Source: Octopus bimaculoides
Lineage: Eukaryota
Direction of reading: 5' to 3'
Assembly (NCBI RefSeq): GCF_001194135.2
Contig: NC_068989.1
Coordinates: 56,491,554 to 56,548,713 of the forward strand
Length of the DNA: 57,160 nucleotides
Shown here: positions 1 to 14,219 of the stretch, in pieces
Position numbering within the stretch: position 1 is the first letter of the stretch
Layout of the letters: each line of letters begins with the position of its first letter
Program-made: the position numbers and the translations under genes
The notes under the pieces: model-generated
Told to the model about the DNA's origin: nothing
What the model saw: only the letters and a program-made list of their open reading frames with translations
Databases searched by the model: none

Positions 1-110
<110 letters not shown>

Positions 111-620
111 GTCATCATCAAAGAAGCAAACTAGTGGAATTGGTAGCACAGTGGACGAAAATGCTTAGTGTGCATTTCATCCAGGGCTCAAGATTCTGAG
201 TTCAAATGCTATCAATGTCAACTTTGCTTTTCATTCTTCCAGGTTTGATAAAAATGTATCAGATGAACACTGGAGTCAATGCAGTTATACTGTAAATACA
301 CTGGTCTTGAAACAATTATTATTATTATTGTTGTTCAGTAGTTTTATTTTTATAACGTGCTTTCACTTCACTACCGAGCACAGCTCTGTGTGCCTTGGGT
401 ATGTGCTGTGGTTTGCTGTGATGCTCTTATGGTTACTGTATTGAAACTGTTTTGCATAGGATGTGTGCAGTGCCCAGTAGTGCAATTTTCTGTATGTTAT
501 ATATATTTGTAAGTCCTGGTGTTTTTGTTATGTATTTGTCTGAATATTTTTTTATAGCTAAGGCACCTACTATGATAGGAATTGTTTCTGTTTATTATTA
601 TTATTATTATTATTATTATT

Positions 621-838
621 GAGGTGGCGAGCTGGCAGAATCATTAGCACACTGAGCGAAATGCTTAGTGGTATTTTGTCTGCCACTACATTCTGAGTTC
701 AAATTCCGCCGAGGTCGATTTTGCCTTTTATCCTTTCGGAGTTGATAAATTAAGTACCAGTGAAACACTGGGGTCGATGTAATTGACTAGTCCCCTCCCC
801 CAAATTTCAGGCCTTGTGCCTATGGTAGAAAGGATTAC
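621..838 (+). mobile_element. tRNA-derived SINE, family A (aggcggcgagctggcagaatc...); more than 20 copies or fragments in the window
   Basis: A/B-box-like head (gagttcaaattcc), conserved core gcctttcatcctttcggggtcgataaa.taagtaccag, (ATT)n flanks. Other copies at e.g. 3720-3915(-), 13731-13945, 24190-25260 array, 29733-31020(-), 48712-48950(-). Confidence 0.9.
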
Positions 839-1894
839 TACTACTACTACTACTAGACTCTACACATATATTAAAGTATTCATAATACAAAAGAGTAAAA
901 AAAAAGAAGTAAAAAATACTGCACATACTGAAAGCACATACAGTTGAGCTTGGGTGTACAGTGAAAGCCAGAAGAAAATAAAGGTTTGTAACATAGGTGC
1001 AAGGTCAGCAGTTTTGAGGTGAGTTGGGTAATCCATACCATCAAACATAATACTTGACTGGTACTTTATATTGACCCCACTCCCACCCCCATGTTGAACT
1101 TGGTGGCATTTGAATTTGTATGTAAACGGTTGTAGCTAAATATTGCAAAGTATCTTGTCTGGCACTCTAAGGATTATGTAAATCTACCACCTCTAGAAAT
1201 GTTGATCTTGGCAAGATTTCAACTGGGAACACAATGAACTGAAACATTAATCCTGTTACGTTGTATTCCTACAATAGCAGGAATAGGTTAAATGTCATCT
1301 CGGTTGGATTCCTGGTAAAGAAGTAATGAACAATACACTTAGGAAAAGAAGATGCAGCCAATTCTGTCCATTAGTATTCTTGCAGTTGTTACTCTTGAGC
1401 TGTATTTTATTTATTTATTTCTATAAATTTTCTTTCTTTCTTTATTTATTTATTTCTATGAAATATAATTCTTATTTTGTTATATTTTGGGATGGTCATT
1501 TTTTTTTGTTGCCAATAAATTTAAAAAAAAAATTTTTTTTAATTGACCATCCAGAAATATAACAATTTCTGTTTCAACACACAATTTCACATTAGGAATC
1601 TTGTGAAACAAATTCATAAACGTAATGCTTATTTATTCACAATATATTGAATTAATCACAGATTATCTCATAGCTTCATGATTTTGATGATGTGTTTGTT
1701 TATTTTAGAATAACACTGTAGGACAAGTGTAAGAGGCCAGATCTGACTAGTTTTATCATAAAACAAGGTAGAATATTTGGGTCAGATACAGCCAGTTTAA
1801 ATGCTAACAGGTTAAAAAAATGTAAGTGTGGAATTTTTTAATAAAAAAATTGACCTCATTCTTTAACCCAAAGAACACAAGAAATTGTACTCAC

Positions 1895-2070
1895 CTGGAA
1901 TTGGCTAATTATAAATGATGGGGGTTTACTTTTTGGAGACACTTCCCTGAATATTTTCTCTAATTGACTGCAATCATCATGATCATGTACGCAAAATGCA
2001 GTGATGAGGCTTTTCAGACAAACTTCAATTGCCAATGCCCATCGAGGATCTTTCACCTTGATCCATTCGC
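1895..2070 (-). CDS. SMC6: SMC6 coding exon 13 (EWIKVKDPRWALAIEVCLKSLITAFCVHDHDDCSQLEKIFREVSPKSKPPSFIISQFQ), hinge
   Basis: ttctag|GC acceptor, CAG|gtgagt donor. DP.WALAIE.CLK..L.AFC.H motif. The gene continues left of the window. Confidence 0.96.
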
Positions 2071-2559
2071 CTAGAATAACAGAGAAAGGGTACTAAAATG
2101 AGACTCTGGAGGGAAATCACTTTAGTGGAAATTTCTTTAGTTAATTGTGATTAGACATGTATTACATGGGTGCATGGCTTGGTGGTTAGGATGTTACACT
2201 CATAATCGCAAAATCATGATTTTGATTCCTGATGAACGGTACATTGTGTTCTTGAGTGAAACACATCACATTGCTCTATGATCATTTCAACATCTGACAA
2301 GTGGCACATTGTGCATCTGTACAGGCAATGTTAATCTGATGGAGACAGTGAAGTAATGTACAGCACATTCATCTGTGAAGCTTGTTCAGCAAGAAATCAT
2401 GGAGACCTCATATTTTGTCTATGACAAAGGGGGTCCACAATTACACAAGCAGTGAAAGTCTTCCACAGCAGAAGTATTAAGGCTGCATCCCCTGGTGAGG
2501 ACAATTGGCCTGCAAGAGTCCTGTACTGGTGCCAAGTAAAAAGCACTCAAGCCAGTACC

Positions 2560-2770
2560 ACATAAAAGCGCTTGTGCTGGTGCCATGTAAAAGCACTTGT
2601 GCTGGTGCCATGTAGAAGTGCTCATGCTGGTGCCATGTAAAAGCACTTGTGCCGGTGACATGTAAAAGCACTCATGCTGGTGCCACGTAAAAGCACTCAT
2701 GCTAATGCCATGCAAAAGTGCTCATGTTGGTGCCATGCAAAAGCGCTCATGCTGGTGTCACATTAAAAGC
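2560..2770 (+). repeat. 21-bp tandem repeat (aaaagcac.t.tgctggtgccatgt) x ~9 inside an RTE 3' UTR copy
   Basis: Period read directly; no spacers. Confidence 0.9.
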
Positions 2771-5700
2771 ACCTAGCACACACAATAAAGTAGTTTGCGT
2801 AAGGAAGGGCATCCAACTGTAGAAACTAAGCTAAATCAGGTTGGAAACTGGTGCAGCTCTTGTCAACCCATCCAACCCATGCCAGCATGGAAAACAGATG
2901 TTAGATGATGATGATGATGTAACCTACCAATTTAACACCACTGATACATACATTATCATAGTTTTAAATAGCTTATCATTCCACCTCTTATCACACATCC
3001 TTCTCATGAATATCTTTCATCATCTGACTCAAGATCACCTCCTCCAATGCTCCCTCCCCTTCCAAAATTCCTTATCTTGCAAAGTTACTCAGTGACCCTG
3101 CTAGTACTGGCGCCATGTAAAAAGCATCCAGCTCACACTATGAAGTGGTTGGTATTTGGAAGGGCATCCAACTGTAAAAACTGACCTCGCCTATGCTAGT
3201 GCCACGTAAAAAGCACTTAGTCCACTCTAAGTGGTGGTTGGTGTTAGGAAGGGCAACCAGCCATAAAAACCATGCCAAAACAGACACAATAGCTTGGCAC
3301 AGTCTTCTAGCTGGCCAACTCCTGTCAAACTCTCCCACCCATACCTGCATGGAAGATGGACATATGATGATGATGATGTTCTTTACTTCTGGTCATTGAG
3401 CAGAGATGTGGTTGTGAGCATTCTTTAGTTGTGACAAGAGAATGGCAACCTCCTAAGTGCTGGTGTCACACAAAAAATGTACCCAATACACTCTGTAAAA
3501 AGTAAGGTTGTGAGAATTCTTTAGTTTTGTTGAGAACATGACATCCCTCTAGTGCTGCTGCTGAGAGAAAAAAAATAGTCCTCAGTTCGTTCTATAAAGT
3601 TGTTGGTGTTAGGAAGGGTATCCTGCCATAGAAAGTGCCCTGAATTTGTTTTGGCTCTGTGATATGACAATCCATCCAACCCATGCCAACACAGAAAACA
3701 GACATAAAATGATAATGATAATAATCCTTTCTACTGTACTCACAATGCTTGGAATTTGTAGGGAGGGGGATGGTCGATCACATCAACCCCAGCATTTGAC
3801 TGGTACTTAATTTATTGATCCCAAAAGTTGACCATGGTGGAATTTGAACCCAGAATGTAAAGACGGATGAAATGCCACAAGGCGTTTTGCCCAACATGCT
3901 AACAATTCTACCAGAATGATAATGATAATGACAATGAGCTTCACTATATTTTTATCATACATCTTTTACTTGTTTCTGTAATTAGACTGTGACCATGTTG
4001 GAGCACTGCTTTGAAGAATTTTTAGTCGAATGAATCAACCCCAGTACTTTTCTTTTTTAAAACCTGGTACTTATTCTATTGGTCCCTTTTGCCAAACTAC
4101 TGAGTTACAAGGATGTAAACACACCAACACCAGTTGTCAAGCAGTGGTGGGGGAAAAACCCACATGATGGATTCTCTTGTGATCAACAAATGTGTCAACC
4201 TTTCATTGACACAATTAGAGAGCCTCTACTTGGTTGCTTAAACAGCTAGAAATAGCAGTCTTAAACCACAATCTAGACAGCATAATCTAGAAGATGTTAT
4301 GCCTGAAAAAAGACAGGAGTGATCATGAAATTTCATTTGAACATAATTATGCCCCATCAATGTTGACCTGTACATAAACAGCAACAATTCATCTCTACAA
4401 TGGCAAAAATCTCAGAACCAGTGCCTTGTCAATGAGCACAGACTTGATTGATTTAGTGAACTTTACTTTATATTACACAGTATGGGCACACGAGAACAGA
4501 TAAAGTTAGCAACTTAGTAATTAATTCTCATTGCATCTGTATCAAGCTTTGTCCACTTTTAAATATACTAAAATATTCAGATGTTGCTTTGGCATCAAGT
4601 CTATCTTAATCATTAATTAAACAATTATATATACACATATTTCCTGTGCCAGTACCATGTTAAAAGCACTCATGTCAGTTCTACATTAGAAGCTCTTGTG
4701 CTGGTGCCATGTTAAGAACACTTGTACTGGTACCATATAAAAAGCACACAGTACACTCAGTAAAATGTTTGGTGTTAGGAAGGACATTCAGCAGTAGGAA
4801 GCCTGCCACAGCAGACAATTGGAGCTTGGAAAGCTCCCAGCTGCTATCAAATTGTCCAAACCTGCCAGCATGGAAAACAGATGTTGAATGATGATGATTT
4901 TTGTTCAGTCATTTTATCTAAAGTCTGTTTCCTCCATAGAAGCAAACCAGTATTTGAGACATGGATTTTACAGCTGAATGCTCCTCTTGTCACCAACTCT
5001 GATGTGTTTCTCAGGCAAGGGAATTTTACTTTCAGAAGAACTTGAAAGTGCAGAGCTAGCAGACGAGTTGTTGACAGGAAATGTTAATAAACATCACCGA
5101 TTGAAGCATAGCTCACTGCAAATATGTAAACATTCACACGTGCGCACACACATGTACGACAGGCTTCTTTCCCTTTCTGCCAACCAAGTTCCCTAACAGG
5201 TATCGGTTGGCCTACGAGTATTGTAGCAGACACTTGTCTGAAGTGCTGCATAGTGATACTGAACCTGAAGCCACCATTGTGGGGCACTACCTTGAAAATT
5301 TTTTAGTTGAATTAATCGACCCAGTACCTATTTTTTTGATGAGCCTGGTACTATTCTATCAGTCTATCTTGCCAAACCACTAAGTTACAGGGATGTAAAC
5401 ACATGAACACCAGTTGTCAAGCAGTGATAGGGGGACAAACAGACACAAAGACATCCCCACCACAAACATATATGATGGGCTTCTTTCAGTGTCCATCAAC
5501 TAAATCCACTTACAAGGCTTTGGTCAGCCTAAAGCGATAGTAGAAGACACTTCCCAAGATACCATGCAGTGGGACTGAACCCGGAACCATGTAATTGGGA
5601 AGCAAGCTTCTTACCACACATCCATGCCATATATATATATATATACATATACACAATTTAAAACAAAGCTACTAATAGTTTCATGTTGTAGAGATACAAC

Positions 5701-5886
5701 AATTTGGCAGATTTATATAACATGCCCAGTGCCTCCAAGCAATCTTTCAAGCTCAGAGCATACAGTTAGACTTGCTTGAAAACTAGGACACTGTGTACAC
5801 ACACAATCACACAAATACATACACATGTACACATTTATCAAGGGTTGAACAGAAAGAACAAAACAAATATATGTAGACACACATAC

Positions 5887-5949
<63 letters not shown>

Positions 5950-6201
5950 TCCAATATGTTAGACCATGTCACACTGAACATATGAAACCAAGATGTCCCA
6001 CCAATGTATTAGATGACTGTCACATCAACATTTTAAACCTTGAAGTCAAACTAACATATTAGATCATGAGATCATATTCAAAACGTTAGACCAAGACATC
6101 ACACCAACATTTCAGTCCCAGGTATCACATCCAATATCTGATACTCTGATCACAGGTCTATCTAGTAAACATATTTAGTAGTTAAGTACACATCTATTTA
6201 C

Positions 6202-6380
6202 CTAAAGGTCCAACAGGCTTTCTGTGGAATCGTTTCCGTTTGAAATCCATTTCAATGTGAGCCATGATGTCAGGAATGTGAGAACCGTACTTCCTCAAAT
6301 TATCTTTCACAGACAGCTTTAAATTGTCCAGTTCTCTCTGGTTGTAATCTATAGATCTTTTAATATTCCTTAGTTCAGTA
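6202..6380 (-). CDS. SMC6: SMC6 coding exon 12 (TELRNIKRSIDYNQRELDNLKLSVKDNLRKYGSHIPDIMAHIEMDFKRKRFHRKPVGPL), start of hinge
   Basis: gccag|T acceptor, G|gtaaat donor. YNQR.L..L....D.L..YG and KPVGPLG hinge motif of SMC6. Confidence 0.96.
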
Positions 6381-7429
6381 CTGGCAAAAATAAAGGAGAG
6401 AGAAAAAAAAATTCAGTAAGACAAATCATGAATGTTAAGGTGAAAAGATTATGTGGGTAGCTGGGGGACTAGAAGACAACTGGTTAGAAGTCAAGAAAAC
6501 TCAGAGAAGGCCAGACATCACAGATTAGAAAACACAGGGTTGAAATAAAGAAAGATATATAGACTGAGTTGCAGACCCAGACAATCTATGCCATTATGGG
6601 ATGATTAAAATAACAATGGTGGCCATTATAATGTTAATGATTATGGTTAAGATTAAAGAGATTAATAATGATGAGGAGGAAGAAAATGATAATGATGGAG
6701 GAAGATAATAGTGATGGCAGTGATAGTTTTGATGATATCAATCAAATGAGATAGATAGAGGGGGCAGGAAGAGAGAGAGAGAGAGAGAGAGTTAAAAACC
6801 AATAAAAAATTTAATATTTAGATAGGGGTGAAAAGCCTAGAGGTAAAATGATAATTAAGGTAAAAGATTAAACTTAAATTCCACTACTTAGCTTGATCTG
6901 TTTATGATTTTTGTAGTGGAGTGGTTAGTGCTTGGGTGGAATTATAGCAATCAGCCATGCATCTTTAGATTTACAGACTCACCAAACCCAAGCTGGTAAG
7001 GCTCAAAGCATCAAAGTATTTAAAAAAGTATAGTAGAAATATTGTCTCAAGGCTTTCAATATTTTACAAGGGCTGCTGGCTGATTACGAGCAGGAGTAGT
7101 GGGGGAGCATCATAACCATGTGTTGAGAAAATGGGTGTTTTGTTCATTATCCTCATACAACCCTTAATCAGGGACCTTTTGAGTGAGATGGGTTACTCGA
7201 CCTGAAGAAAATTCTAACTGGGTCCCACCTGCAAGGTCATGCACTGTTTATCTTGATATGAGATCATCATACCATGCACATATGGCTGTGCTGCTTGTCG
7301 GGTGTACCCCTATCAATAAAGGTAGTTATGATGGGTATATTGGTCTCATATATTTGCACCCCAGTGTCACTTTGATGGCATGCATTGCTCTCTCAAAAAT
7401 AATAATAATAACGATGATTTTCTACTTAC

Positions 7430-7597
7430 TCAAAGCGAGACTTTTCATCCTTGTACTTTGATATATCTTCTTGAAATGTTTCCACCTGATTCTCAAACTT
7501 ATGCTTCTGCTTTTCATATTCTTCAATACGGCTTTTCAGGCCCTTAATTTTTGTCTCACGCCTTTGCTTCTCCACCTCATAGTTCTGCTGCACATCG
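7430..7597 (-). CDS. SMC6: SMC6 coding exon 11 (DVQQNYEVEKQRRETKIKGLKSRIEEYEKQKHKFENQVETFQEDISKYKDEKSRF)
   Basis: tttcag|C acceptor, GA|gtaagt donor; coiled coil; phases 2/2. Confidence 0.93.
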
Positions 7598-8479
7598 CTG
7601 AAACACAAATAATCATTAATTTATTAACTATAGAGATATAGCTGCAAGCATGGCTGTGTGGTACAAAGTTTGCATCTCAACTACTTGGCTTTTGGGTTCA
7701 GTCCCACTGTATGGCACTTTGGGCAAATGTCTTCTACAACAGCCCCAGGCAATTGAAGCCTTGAGAGTAGATTTGGTAAAAGAATCTGAAAGATGCCCAT
7801 TGTATACACACACAAACACACGCACACATATACATACACACGTGTGTGTGTGTTATTGTCTCTGCCATGGCAGCACACAGTAGTTTTGAGTGTCACTGTC
7901 ATATAAGTGGTTTTCTTTGTTTCCAATCTTCTGTGAAAACATGTTTGGTCATGGGGAAATGTTACCTTATTTGGAAACAGGTCATGGTGGACAACAGGAA
8001 GGGCATCTGGCCCTAGAAAATCTGCCACAACAAATTCCATCCAACCTATGCAAGCATGGGAAAGTGAATGTTAAAAGAGTGATGGGGAAGAGATATAAGA
8101 GAGAGAGAGGCTAACACATAATTTGATATTATTATGCTGGCCATAGCTCCAAAATTAAAATTAAAATTATCAGTATTTGGACATGACTTTTCAAAGACCA
8201 TACACTAGAGGAATCAAAATGCTATCAATATTATCAAACATTTAGCAGCAAGCTGGCAGAATCGTTACTGTGCTGGGCAAAATGCTTAGTGATATTTCAT
8301 GCCTTTAAGTTCTGAGTACAAATTCCACTGAGGTCAACTATACCTTTTATCCTTTTGGGGGTCAATAAAATGTGTAGCTGCTGAGCACTGGGGTTGATGT
8401 AATTAACTTAACCCCACTCCCGAAATTGTTGGTCATGTGCCAAAACTTGAAATCAATATTATCACACATCAAGGGAATG

Positions 8480-8820
8480 AAAATCCTTTTGAGGACCAAT
8501 GACTTTGATAACAGAGACCTGAGAACCATCCAGAACATCAGATGGTATCATCACATTTCCAACAAAGAACTGCATATGCGCACATATCAGCACACAGCCT
8601 CCCATCTCGAAGCTATCTGTTGCATGTGCTGTTACAGACATGTTTGCCATCTCCTGCTAGATCATCCTACCAGAGCTTTACTCTTATTCAATGCAGCAGC
8701 TGCAGGCTGGACAAGACCTCATGGCAGGCTCTGCACCAGATGACTGAATGTGAATGGGAAGGTCTCCAGAGGTTCAGTGTCACCTTGGAAGACGTAGAGG
8801 GGCTGGCATGGGATAGTCAG
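8480..8820 (+). mobile_element. Non-LTR retrotransposon (RTE-like) C-terminal ORF fragment
   Basis: IRWYHHISNKEL..RT.Q...HV..L..DHPTRALL.F...GWTRPHGR, a typical post-RT region. Confidence 0.65.
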
Positions 8821-9885
8821 TGATGGAGAGCACTGGTGAATCTGGTTGGCTCTATGCATGATGACGTTTCTGGGACCACTAACCAGGGATGACCCCAGCC
8901 TCATCATCAAGCAAAACATGAAGCAGAATCAGCAGCACGTATGGGTTGGATGGTTTGACAGGAGCCAACGAGCCAGAAGACAGCACCAAGCTCCAATGTC
9001 TTTACTCATTCCTGAATCTCCAAACTAATTTCTCTCTATTCTTTTTTAGGTCACCCAAAGAATTACACAGCAAGAAACTCTGACAAACAACAAAGTGAAT
9101 CATCAGCTTTGAATACACACACATACACATCCTAATTTTTATATCTATATTCCATGCTGCCTGGCGTCAGAATAGTTCAACTGGATGCAAGAAGTTGGAC
9201 GACCATGTTTTGTGTTGATGTCTCATTTTTGAAATGGGTTTTATGGCCAGCTGCCCCTTCCAAACATCAACTACTTTATAAAGAGTACAGAGTGTAATTT
9301 TTTGTGGCACTAATGCTATAGAGGTGTTGTTGCCAAAGCAAAACTAAAGACCTCTCTTAAGGTCTGCATTCCGGCTACTTGAATCGATTACCAATCATTT
9401 ACAGAGTGCATTTTAGGTGCATTTGTGACATCACTGTAAGGGTTGCATTGCAGTTGGCAAAATGAAAGTACAACCTCATGCTGGAAGGAATATATTGTGA
9501 GAGGATGGTAGTGGAGAGAATAACAGAGGGAACAGTGTTAGAGTAGGAGTAAAAGAGACAAAGCGGAAAGGGAAGAGTAATGTTGGAGGTATGGCTGAAG
9601 TACAAGGGGAGGGAAATGGGGTGAGTTGTGTAAGTGGACACAGTGGTGGGATGGGTTAGTCTCTCTGCCAGCATGGGATTGAAGAACTGATCAGGACTCA
9701 AGATAGTTTCTATTTGAGTTACAGACGTTTATTGTTAATAGAGCATAGAGACAGAGATAGGGAAGATCTAATACCCATTTTTAGAGATAACACCCACTGT
9801 TGGATCTACAGCCAATCATCGGATTTAGCACCAATTGTTATCCACCTATTACAGAAGTAAAAGAGTAAATCATTCCTATTTATAC

Positions 9886-9974
9886 CTGTTTTTGATTTCA
9901 TGAATTCTTTCTTTAACTTGCTCAGCTTCTCGTTCTAAGTTCCGAATACTATTTTCAACTTTCTTGATTTCTAT
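9886..9974 (-). CDS. SMC6: SMC6 coding exon 10 (IEIKKVENSIRNLEREAEQVKERIHEIKN)
   Basis: ttttcag|ATA acceptor, AG|gtataa donor (phase 2) matches the next exon. Confidence 0.92.
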
Positions 9975-10470
9975 CTGAAAATCATAAAACAATAATAAAA
10001 GACATTGATAATCACGAATTAAAGTATCCTTATATTTTAATTTCAATAAAAGACATTGATAATTACGAATTAATTATCCTCATTATTAACTTCAAAATTA
10101 TCGAATAATGCTAGTATGGGCTTTTTTTTTTTACTTATTTTGTTGGTCACAGGTTTGAAATCAGCCAAATCACTGTATTTCTGATAATAACATTAATAAA
10201 GGAGTGTCTGTAACTCTGTGAAGAACAAGTATAGCAAAACATTTTGTTTGCAAAATACTAGTTTCTGCTCTTTGCTGATATACAGTTCTGCCAATACATT
10301 ATCCTGGATTGGTTTGTGCTACAAATCAATATTATTCAACAATGTGTATTACTTATGTATTACAGGTACAACACCAATTTTCCAGACACTGACGATCCAA
10401 AACCTCTTATGTTCTGCACTAATTTATGAGCAGGAACTTCAAATTCTAGCAGCCACCTGACTAGGTTACT

Positions 10471-10868
10471 AATACCTTGGACAGAAGAGTACCTTGCACA
10501 GTTTACAACTGACAAGTCCCTTAACCCCTTGGGGGTTATTGAGGCACTGCAGCCATGCAGTGTATCTAAGGCAAGAAAACCTAGCAGAGCCCATCCCTCT
10601 CCAGCCTAAACTCATTTCTACAGCTGAGTGGACTGGAGCAATGGGAAATGAAGTATTTTGCTGAAGAACACAATGGATCACTTGGTCCAGGCATCAGAAC
10701 CACGATCTTACAGTTGTGAATCCAACACTCTCACCACTCAATGACATGCCTCCACTAGTAGTACTCATTTCTACAGCTGAGTGGACTGAAATGAAGTGGG
10801 TCCAGGAATTGAAACCACAATCTTACGATCGTGCGTCCAACACCCTAACCACTAAGCCACGTGCCTCC
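10471..10868 (-). mobile_element. tRNA-derived SINE with a duplicated head/core (gtggaggca.gtgg...cagtccactcagctgtagaaatgag twice)
   Basis: Two successive tRNA-like heads and two copies of the core motif on the minus strand. Confidence 0.75.
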
Positions 10869-10914
10869 ACAGTACAGTATTAATAAAATTGTATCATTTA
10901 TGATGATGATGATC

Positions 10915-11350
10915 ATCATCATCATCATCGTTTAACGTCCGCTTTCCATGCTAGCATGGGTTGGACGATTTGACTGAGGACTGGTGAAACCGGATGGCAA
11001 CACCAACGTCCACTTTCCATGCTGGCATGGGTTTGATGATTTGACTGAGGACTGGCGAACCAGACGGCTGCACCAGGCTCCAATCTGATCTGGCAGTTTC
11101 TACAGCTGGATGCCCTTCCTAATGCCAACCACTCCAAGAGTGTAGTGGGTGCTTTTATGTGCCACCGGCACGAGGGCCAGTCGAGCGGTACTGGCAACGG
11201 CCATGCTCAAATGGTGTTTTTTATGTGCCACCTGCACAGGAGCCAGTCCAGTGGCACTGGCAACGACCTCGCTTGAATAATATTTTTTTTTCATATGCCA
11301 CCAGCACAAGTACCAGTAAAGCAATGCTGGTAACGATCACGCTCAAATGG
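10915..11350 (-). mobile_element. Young RTE 3'-UTR/tail insertion; near-identical copies at ~16280-16420 and ~31635-31970
   Basis: (CAT)n + cgtttaacgtccgctttccatgctagcatgggttggacg is shared almost exactly and is homologous to the UTR that follows the RTE ORF at 40950-41413. Confidence 0.85.
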
Positions 11351-12742
11351 TGCTTATTCAAGTAAATTTAATACTTGTTTAATTTAGAGTGTGGTTTGGA
11401 AAATCTATTGGTTAGGAAAAAATCAGTAATCTAGAATGGCTTTGAAATTGAAGGTTCCCTAAAAACATGTTACACCTGTGCTAATTATTGCAACATGGGT
11501 GTGTCATTAAGAAGTTCAATTCACAACTACTTTGTTTCAGGCTCCATCTCACTGCCCAACACCTTGAACAAATGTTATCTATCATAGGTTTGGGTTGATC
11601 AAAGCCTTGCAAGAATAACTTCTTCCCCTTTTCTCAGCATTCTCCAGTCTTAGAGTCTTTGACAAGGGTCAGACTAGGCATTGCCATTACTTGTGTGATG
11701 TAAAGAAAGAAAAGAAAAAGAGAACAGCTGCAATGTTAATATTTAGCCCCTTTAACCCTTTGGCATTAAACTGGCCAAATCCAGCCCAAATATTTTACCT
11801 GTTTTATGTTAAAACTGGCCAGATCCAGCATCTCACATCTACACTGCAATGTCATTCTAAAAATGAACAATTACATCTTTGACATCTCTAAGCTACAAGA
11901 TAATACAATTTGAACTTTTAAAAATGTGAATAAATAAGCATTATATTTGACAGAGTAATCTGAATGCTAATGTATTAAAGTGGCAAGTTGGCAGAGCTGT
12001 TAGCATGCCAGGTAAAATGCTTAGCGGCTTTACATTCATATTTATGTTCTGAGTTCAATAGGAAGGGCACCGATGAAATGAGGACCAGTGGAGCAATGGG
12101 TTTGATACAATTAACTGACTCCTCCCTTGAAATGCTGGCCATGTTCCAAAATATGAAACCAATATTTAGTTCCTTTAAGAATTGTTAGTACACTAGGCAA
12201 AATGCTTATCGGCATTTTATTTGTTTTTATGTTCTGAGTTCAAATTCCTCTGTGGTTGACTGCCTTTCAGAATCGATAAAATGAATACCAGCTGAACACA
12301 GGTCAATGTAATTGACTTATATCTTCACCAGAAATTGCTGGCCTTGTGCCAAAATTTGAAGTTGAGGGATTCATGGTTAACCATGTTTTCTTGACAGAAC
12401 ATGTTGTTCCTGTCTCTCATTCTTTTATGCAATATTGAACAAATGACATCTTTCTAGAAGTAGGACTGACAATATTTTACACATTAAAGAGATTTAAGTA
12501 CATTGATTTATGTGCAATAAGAATGGGATGTTTATGCAACACTGACACCATGAAAACTGGTAAAAATCTTGTCAACTGACAAGTATTTCACAGTCTAACA
12601 GTTAAAACTAAAAGAGTTATCTAGCCCTAAAGCAAAGTTGTTCTAACAGCAACAGAGTGGTATTGAGTGCTTCACATGTTTTGTAATGACAACAATAATA
12701 ATAATAGAGAGAGATGAAAAAGGAAGGATAAATGCACTTAAC

Positions 12743-12889
12743 CCCTTTAGATCGTAATGTTGCTTTACTGTTATTTAACTTCTCCTTTCCTTTTTTAAGC
12801 TCTGGTAAAAGAGATTTTTCCTTCGTTACTAAATCCTTGGATTTGTTTTTCAAATCTTCAACCTTTTCTTTTGTTTTTTGAAGTTTTAT
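12743..12889 (-). CDS. SMC6: SMC6 coding exon 9 (IKLQKTKEKVEDLKNKSKDLVTKEKSLLPELKKGKEKLNNSKATLRSKG)
   Basis: ttctag|ATA acceptor, GGG|gttaag donor, 49 codons of heptad-like sequence. Confidence 0.9.
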
Positions 12890-12964
12890 CTAGAAAGAGA
12901 AGAATAAAAGAAAAAAAATAAACAAAATTAAACTATAATAAATCTTTGTTTATAAATATATGCA

Positions 12965-13119
12965 CAGGTATGGCTGTGTGGTAAGAAGCTTGCTTTCCAA
13001 CCACATGGTACTGGGTTCAGTCCAATGCGCAGCACCTTGGGCAAGTGTCTTCTATTATAGCCTTGAGCCAATCAAAGTCTTGCAAGTAGATTTGGTAGAT
13101 GGAAACTGAAAGAAGCCCA

Positions 13120-13180
<61 letters not shown>

Positions 13181-13375
13181 CGCATATATTGATGTGTGTG
13201 TATTTGTCCTCCACCAACACTTGACAACTGGTGTTGGTGTGTTTACATCCCTGTAACTTAGCAGCTTGGCAAAAGATATCAATAGAACAAGTACGAGGGT
13301 CAATTCACTTGACTAAAAATTCTTCAAGGCAGTGCCCCAGTATAGCCACAGTCTAATGAAACAAATAAAAGATAA
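12965..13375 (+). mobile_element. tRNA-derived SINE, family B (ggcatggctgtgtggtaagaagc..., internal (CA)n/(TA)n); many copies
   Basis: Head gggttcagtcccactg, accttgggcaagtgtcttct core, shared 3' end ...gactgaaacaagtaaaag. Other copies at ~5290-5630(-), 16560-17035, 29000-29380, 32460-32825(-), 55235-55590(-). Confidence 0.9.
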
Positions 13376-14169
13376 AATGTATGTGGACAACATGAATATA
13401 AATGGACATATATTTCAGGATAAACTAGAAAGTAGTGAAGACATTACATGCGGACGAAAACCAAAACAAAATAAAAACAAAACATAATTACTTTATATTT
13501 TTAGATGACAAAAAAACATTTGATAATTTTTATTTCAGTTGTTGTTTGAACATACCAATGCATCGTCATCTCAGTTTCTTCATTTTAGAGACATAGTGTA
13601 TCAAGGATTACATTATCTAATGTACCAGCCTTTCTTTAAAATAGTGTGATTTGAAGGAAATTTGGACTCTGTGCTACTAGTTCTAGCAGGTTTTTGATAA
13701 TTTGATTGACTTCTTTAATATTATAGACAAGTACAAGGTAGTAGAATTGTTACTACTTCAGGCAAAATGCTTAGCAGCATTGTGTCGATTTTCATGTTCT
13801 GAGTTCAAATTCCACCAAGGGTGACTTGACCTTTCATCCATTTGGGGTTGATAAAATAAGTACCAGCTGAGTTCTGGGGTTGATGTAATCGACTTACCCC
13901 ATCCCCCAAAATTGCTAGCCCTGTTCCAAAATCTGAAACTAGCATTATAGATAAGTGCACAACGTCTGAATGATCAAGAAACTGTGTTACCAAACAGTGG
14001 GTTACATGCACAAACTTTACAAGTAAGTACTTTGTCTTGGAGTTTTGTTTTTTGAAATGATGTATTAAAGAAGGACATGCTTTCACCTATCTGGGGCTTC
14101 CCAGGCCTGAAAGACAGAGAATGTGGGTTGGGTTGGTTTGGTTAAGTTTGAAAAATCGGAGGCTAACAT

Positions 14170-14219
<50 letters not shown>

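Noticed and set aside
2419-2715. Regularly spaced 21-bp repeats resembling a CRISPR array, and the repetitive ORFs they create
   Set aside because: No unique spacers, eukaryotic context, and the unit is part of the RTE 3' UTR.
5713-5985. YIYI/THTH/CVCV ORFs here and at 13055, 16650, 37785, 45445 and 56222
   Set aside because: Translations of (TA)n/(CA)n/(TC)n microsatellites.
5970-6170. Weak ~25-bp periodicity (ttagacca.g..tcacac) next to exon 12
   Set aside because: Too degenerate to define a unit by eye; probably an old minisatellite.
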